From a virus (Duplodnaviria > Heunggongvirae > Uroviricota > Caudoviricetes): 8,417 bases of DNA. The translations under genes and the position numbers were made by a program. A model generated the notes under the pieces. The model had not been told where the DNA came from, ran no database searches, and worked only from the letters and a program-made list of their open reading frames with translations. The stretch lies in IMG/VR virus record IMGVR_UViG_2671180637_000014, positions 1 to 8,417 of that record; one strand, 5' to 3'. This document shows positions 6,432-8,417 of this stretch, one piece after another; the first letter of the stretch is position 1, and each line of letters starts with the position of its first letter.

Positions 6432-6604
6432 GAATACCTCGCCGTGATGAATACACGGCAAGGCTACTGAGTCGCGCCCCGCGATTCGCTAAGGTGCTGT
6501 TGTGTCAGTGATAAGCCATCCGGGACTGATGGCGGAGGATGCGCATCGTCGGGAAACTGATGCCGACATGTGACTCCTCTAATCACTATTCAGGACTCCT
6601 GACA
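6432..6604. promoter_or_regulatory. Divergent intergenic region between P and O; expected site of the divergent late promoters of P2-like phages
   Basis: A 173-bp non-coding gap between the divergently transcribed P (-) and O (+) genes. In P2 this gap holds the Ogr-activated late promoters PP and PO. I could not find an exact TGT-N12-ACA activator element by eye, so the call rests on gene arrangement alone. Confidence 0.45.
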
Positions 6605-7459
6605 ATGGCAAAAAAAGCATCAAAATTCTTTCGTATCGGCGTTGAGGGTGACACCTGTGACGGGCGTGTCATCAGTGCGCAGGATATTCAGGAAATGGCC
6701 GAAACCTTTGACCCGCGAGTCTATGGTTGCCGCATTAACCTGGAACATCTGCGCGGCATCCTGCCTGACGGTATTTTTAAGCGTTATGGCGATGTGGTCG
6801 AACTGAAGGCCGAAAAGATTGACGATGATTCGGCGCTGAAAGGCAAATGGGCGCTGTTTGCGAAAATCACACCGACCGATGACCTTATCGCGATGAACAA
6901 GGCCGCGCAGAAGGTCTACACCTCAATGGAAATTCAGCCGAACTTTGCCAATACAGGCAAATGTTATCTGGTGGGTCTGGCCGTCACCGATGACCCGGCA
7001 AGCCTCGGCACGGAATACCTGGAATTCTGCCGCACGGCAAAACATAACCCTCTGAACCGCTTCAAATTAAGCCCTGAAAACCTGATTTCAGTGGCAACGC
7101 CTGTTGAGCTGGAATTTGAAGACCTGCCTGAAACCGTGTTCACCGCCCTGACCGAAAAGGTGAAATCCATTTTTGGCCGCAAACAGGCGAGCGATGACGC
7201 CCGTCTGAATGACGTGCATGAAGCGGTGACCGCTGTCGCTGAACATGTGCAGGAAAAACTGAGCGCCACTGAGCAGCGCCTCGCTGAGATGGAAACCGCC
7301 TTTTCCGCACTTAAGCAGGATGTGACTGACAGGGCGGATGAAACCAGCCAGGCATTCACCCGCCTGAAAAACAGCCTCGACCACACCGAAAGTCTGACCC
7401 AGCAGCGCCGCAGCAAGGCCACCGGCGGTGGCGGTGACGCCCTGATGACGAACTGCTGA
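6605..7459 (+). CDS. O: Capsid scaffolding protein (P2 gpO-like)
   Basis: The start is assigned to the ATG at 6605 (MAKKASKFFRIGVEGDTCDGRV...), giving 284 aa, the P2 gpO length. An AGGA Shine-Dalgarno lies at 6592-6595. The ORF-track start at 6539 is an in-frame upstream extension with no ribosome-binding site. TGA stop at 7457-7459. Confidence 0.92.
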   Translation: MAKKASKFFRIGVEGDTCDGRVISAQDIQEMAETFDPRVYGCRINLEHLRGILPDGIFKRYGDVVELKAEKIDDDSALKGKWALFAKITPTDDLIAMNKAAQKVYTSMEIQPNFANTGKCYLVGLAVTDDPASLGTEYLEFCRTAKHNPLNRFKLSPENLISVATPVELEFEDLPETVFTALTEKVKSIFGRKQASDDARLNDVHEAVTAVAEHVQEKLSATEQRLAEMETAFSALKQDVTDRADETSQAFTRLKNSLDHTESLTQQRRSKATGGGGDALMTNC

Positions 7460-7517
7460 CCGGCGTCAGTCAGTCCGGGAAAACCTTCACGATTAACCCT
7501 TAATTTCAGGAAAAACT

Positions 7518-8417
7518 ATGCGCCAGGAAACCCGCTTTAAATTTAATGCCTACCTGTCCCGTGTTGCCGAACTGAACGGCATCGACGCCGGTGATGTGTC
7601 GAAAAAATTCACCGTTGAACCGTCGGTCACCCAGACCCTGATGAACACCATGCAGGAGTCCTCTGATTTTCTGACCCGCATCAACATTGTGCCGGTCAGC
7701 GAAATGAAAGGGGAAAAAATTGGTATTGGTGTCACCGGCTCCATCGCCAGCACCACCGACACCGCCGGTGGCACCGAGCGTCAGCCGAAGGACTTCTCGA
7801 AGCTGGCGTCAAACAAGTACGAATGCGACCAGATTAACTTCGATTTTTATATCCGCTACAAAACGCTGGACCTGTGGGCGCGTTATCAGGATTTCCAGCT
7901 CCGTATCCGTAACGCCATTATCAAACGCCAGTCCCTTGATTTCATCATGGCCGGTTTTAACGGCGTGAAGCGTGCCGAAACCTCTGACCGCAGCAGCAAT
8001 CCGATGCTGCAGGATGTGGCGGTCGGCTGGCTGCAGAAATACCGCAATGAAGCCCCGGCGCGCGTGATGAGCAAGGTCACTGACGAGGAAGGTCACACGA
8101 CCTCTGAGGTCATCCGCGTGGGTAAGGGCGGTGATTATGCCAGCCTCGATGCACTGGTGATGGATGCGACCAACAACCTGATTGAGCCGTGGTATCAGGA
8201 AGACCCTGACCTTGTGGTGATTGTGGGGCGTCAGCTACTGGCGGACAAGTATTTCCCCATCGTCAACAAGGAGCAGGACAACAGCGAGATGCTGGCCGCT
8301 GACGTCATCATCAGCCAGAAACGCATCGGCAACCTGCCAGCGGTACGCGTCCCGTACTTCCCGGCGGATGCGATGCTCATCACGAAGCTGGAAAACCTGT
8401 CCATCTACTACATGGAT
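7518..8417 (+). CDS. N: Major capsid protein (P2 gpN-like); 3'-truncated by the window edge
   Basis: ATG at 7518 preceded by AGGA (7507-7510). The frame is open for 300 codons to the end of the window. The translation MRQETRFKFNAYLSRVAELNGIDAGD... is recognisable as the P2-family major capsid protein and follows O in the conserved O-N order. Confidence 0.92.
   Translation, partial: MRQETRFKFNAYLSRVAELNGIDAGDVSKKFTVEPSVTQTLMNTMQESSDFLTRINIVPVSEMKGEKIGIGVTGSIASTTDTAGGTERQPKDFSKLASNKYECDQINFDFYIRYKTLDLWARYQDFQLRIRNAIIKRQSLDFIMAGFNGVKRAETSDRSSNPMLQDVAVGWLQKYRNEAPARVMSKVTDEEGHTTSEVIRVGKGGDYASLDALVMDATNNLIEPWYQEDPDLVVIVGRQLLADKYFPIVNKEQDNSEMLAADVIISQKRIGNLPAVRVPYFPADAMLITKLENLSIYYMD

Noticed and set aside
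4731-6456. Multiple ORFs nested in or antisense to terminase gene P (e.g. 5694..6404 +, 236 aa; 4925..5380 -; 6193..6456 -)
   Set aside because: All lie inside the 590-aa terminase ORF. Their products are Arg/Pro/Gly-rich low-complexity translations typical of alternative frames in GC-rich genes.
6459-6461. Upstream ATG at 6461 as the start of P (600-aa form)
   Set aside because: The ATG at 6431 has a GAGG Shine-Dalgarno at proper spacing and gives the 590-aa length expected for gpP. The 6461 start would add an unconserved MPCIHHGEVF extension.
6539-6604. Upstream ATG at 6539 as the start of O (306-aa form)
   Set aside because: The ATG at 6605 is preceded by AGGA and yields the canonical MAKKASKFF... 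N-terminus and the 284-aa length. The extension would run through the promoter region.
6964-8096. Antisense or nested ORFs in O and N (6964..7422 -, 7088..7384 -, 7550..7774 -, 7720..7968 +, 7809..8096 -, 7886..8080 -)
   Set aside because: They overlap strongly supported capsid-morphogenesis genes and are not independent coding regions.
1-8417. CRISPR arrays, tRNA/rRNA genes, or IS/transposon ends
   Set aside because: No regularly spaced direct repeats, no tRNA-like cloverleaf candidates and no terminal inverted repeats with a transposase ORF were seen. The window is fully accounted for by phage genes plus the cargo gene.

Overview
This window is a segment of a P2-like (Peduovirus-type) prophage or phage genome from an enterobacterial host, running from the right end across cos into the left end. 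The order is: 3' part of the replication initiator gene A (+), a convergent AT-rich cargo gene (-), about 400 bp of non-coding DNA ending at a 19-nt match to the P2 cohesive end, then portal Q and large terminase P (-), a divergent promoter region, and scaffold O and a partial major capsid N (+). The cargo gene sits exactly where P2 carries tin/old, a position known to hold variable anti-phage genes. It encodes a 493-aa protein whose N-terminal half carries the SIR2 (Thoeris ThsA / DSR-type) motif set, followed by a roughly 245-aa C-terminal region I cannot assign. No partner gene is visible. I read this as a single-gene SIR2-type NAD+-depleting defense candidate carried as a phage moron, and it is the most interesting element in the window. 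All calls come from reading the sequence and ORF translations; no database search was run.
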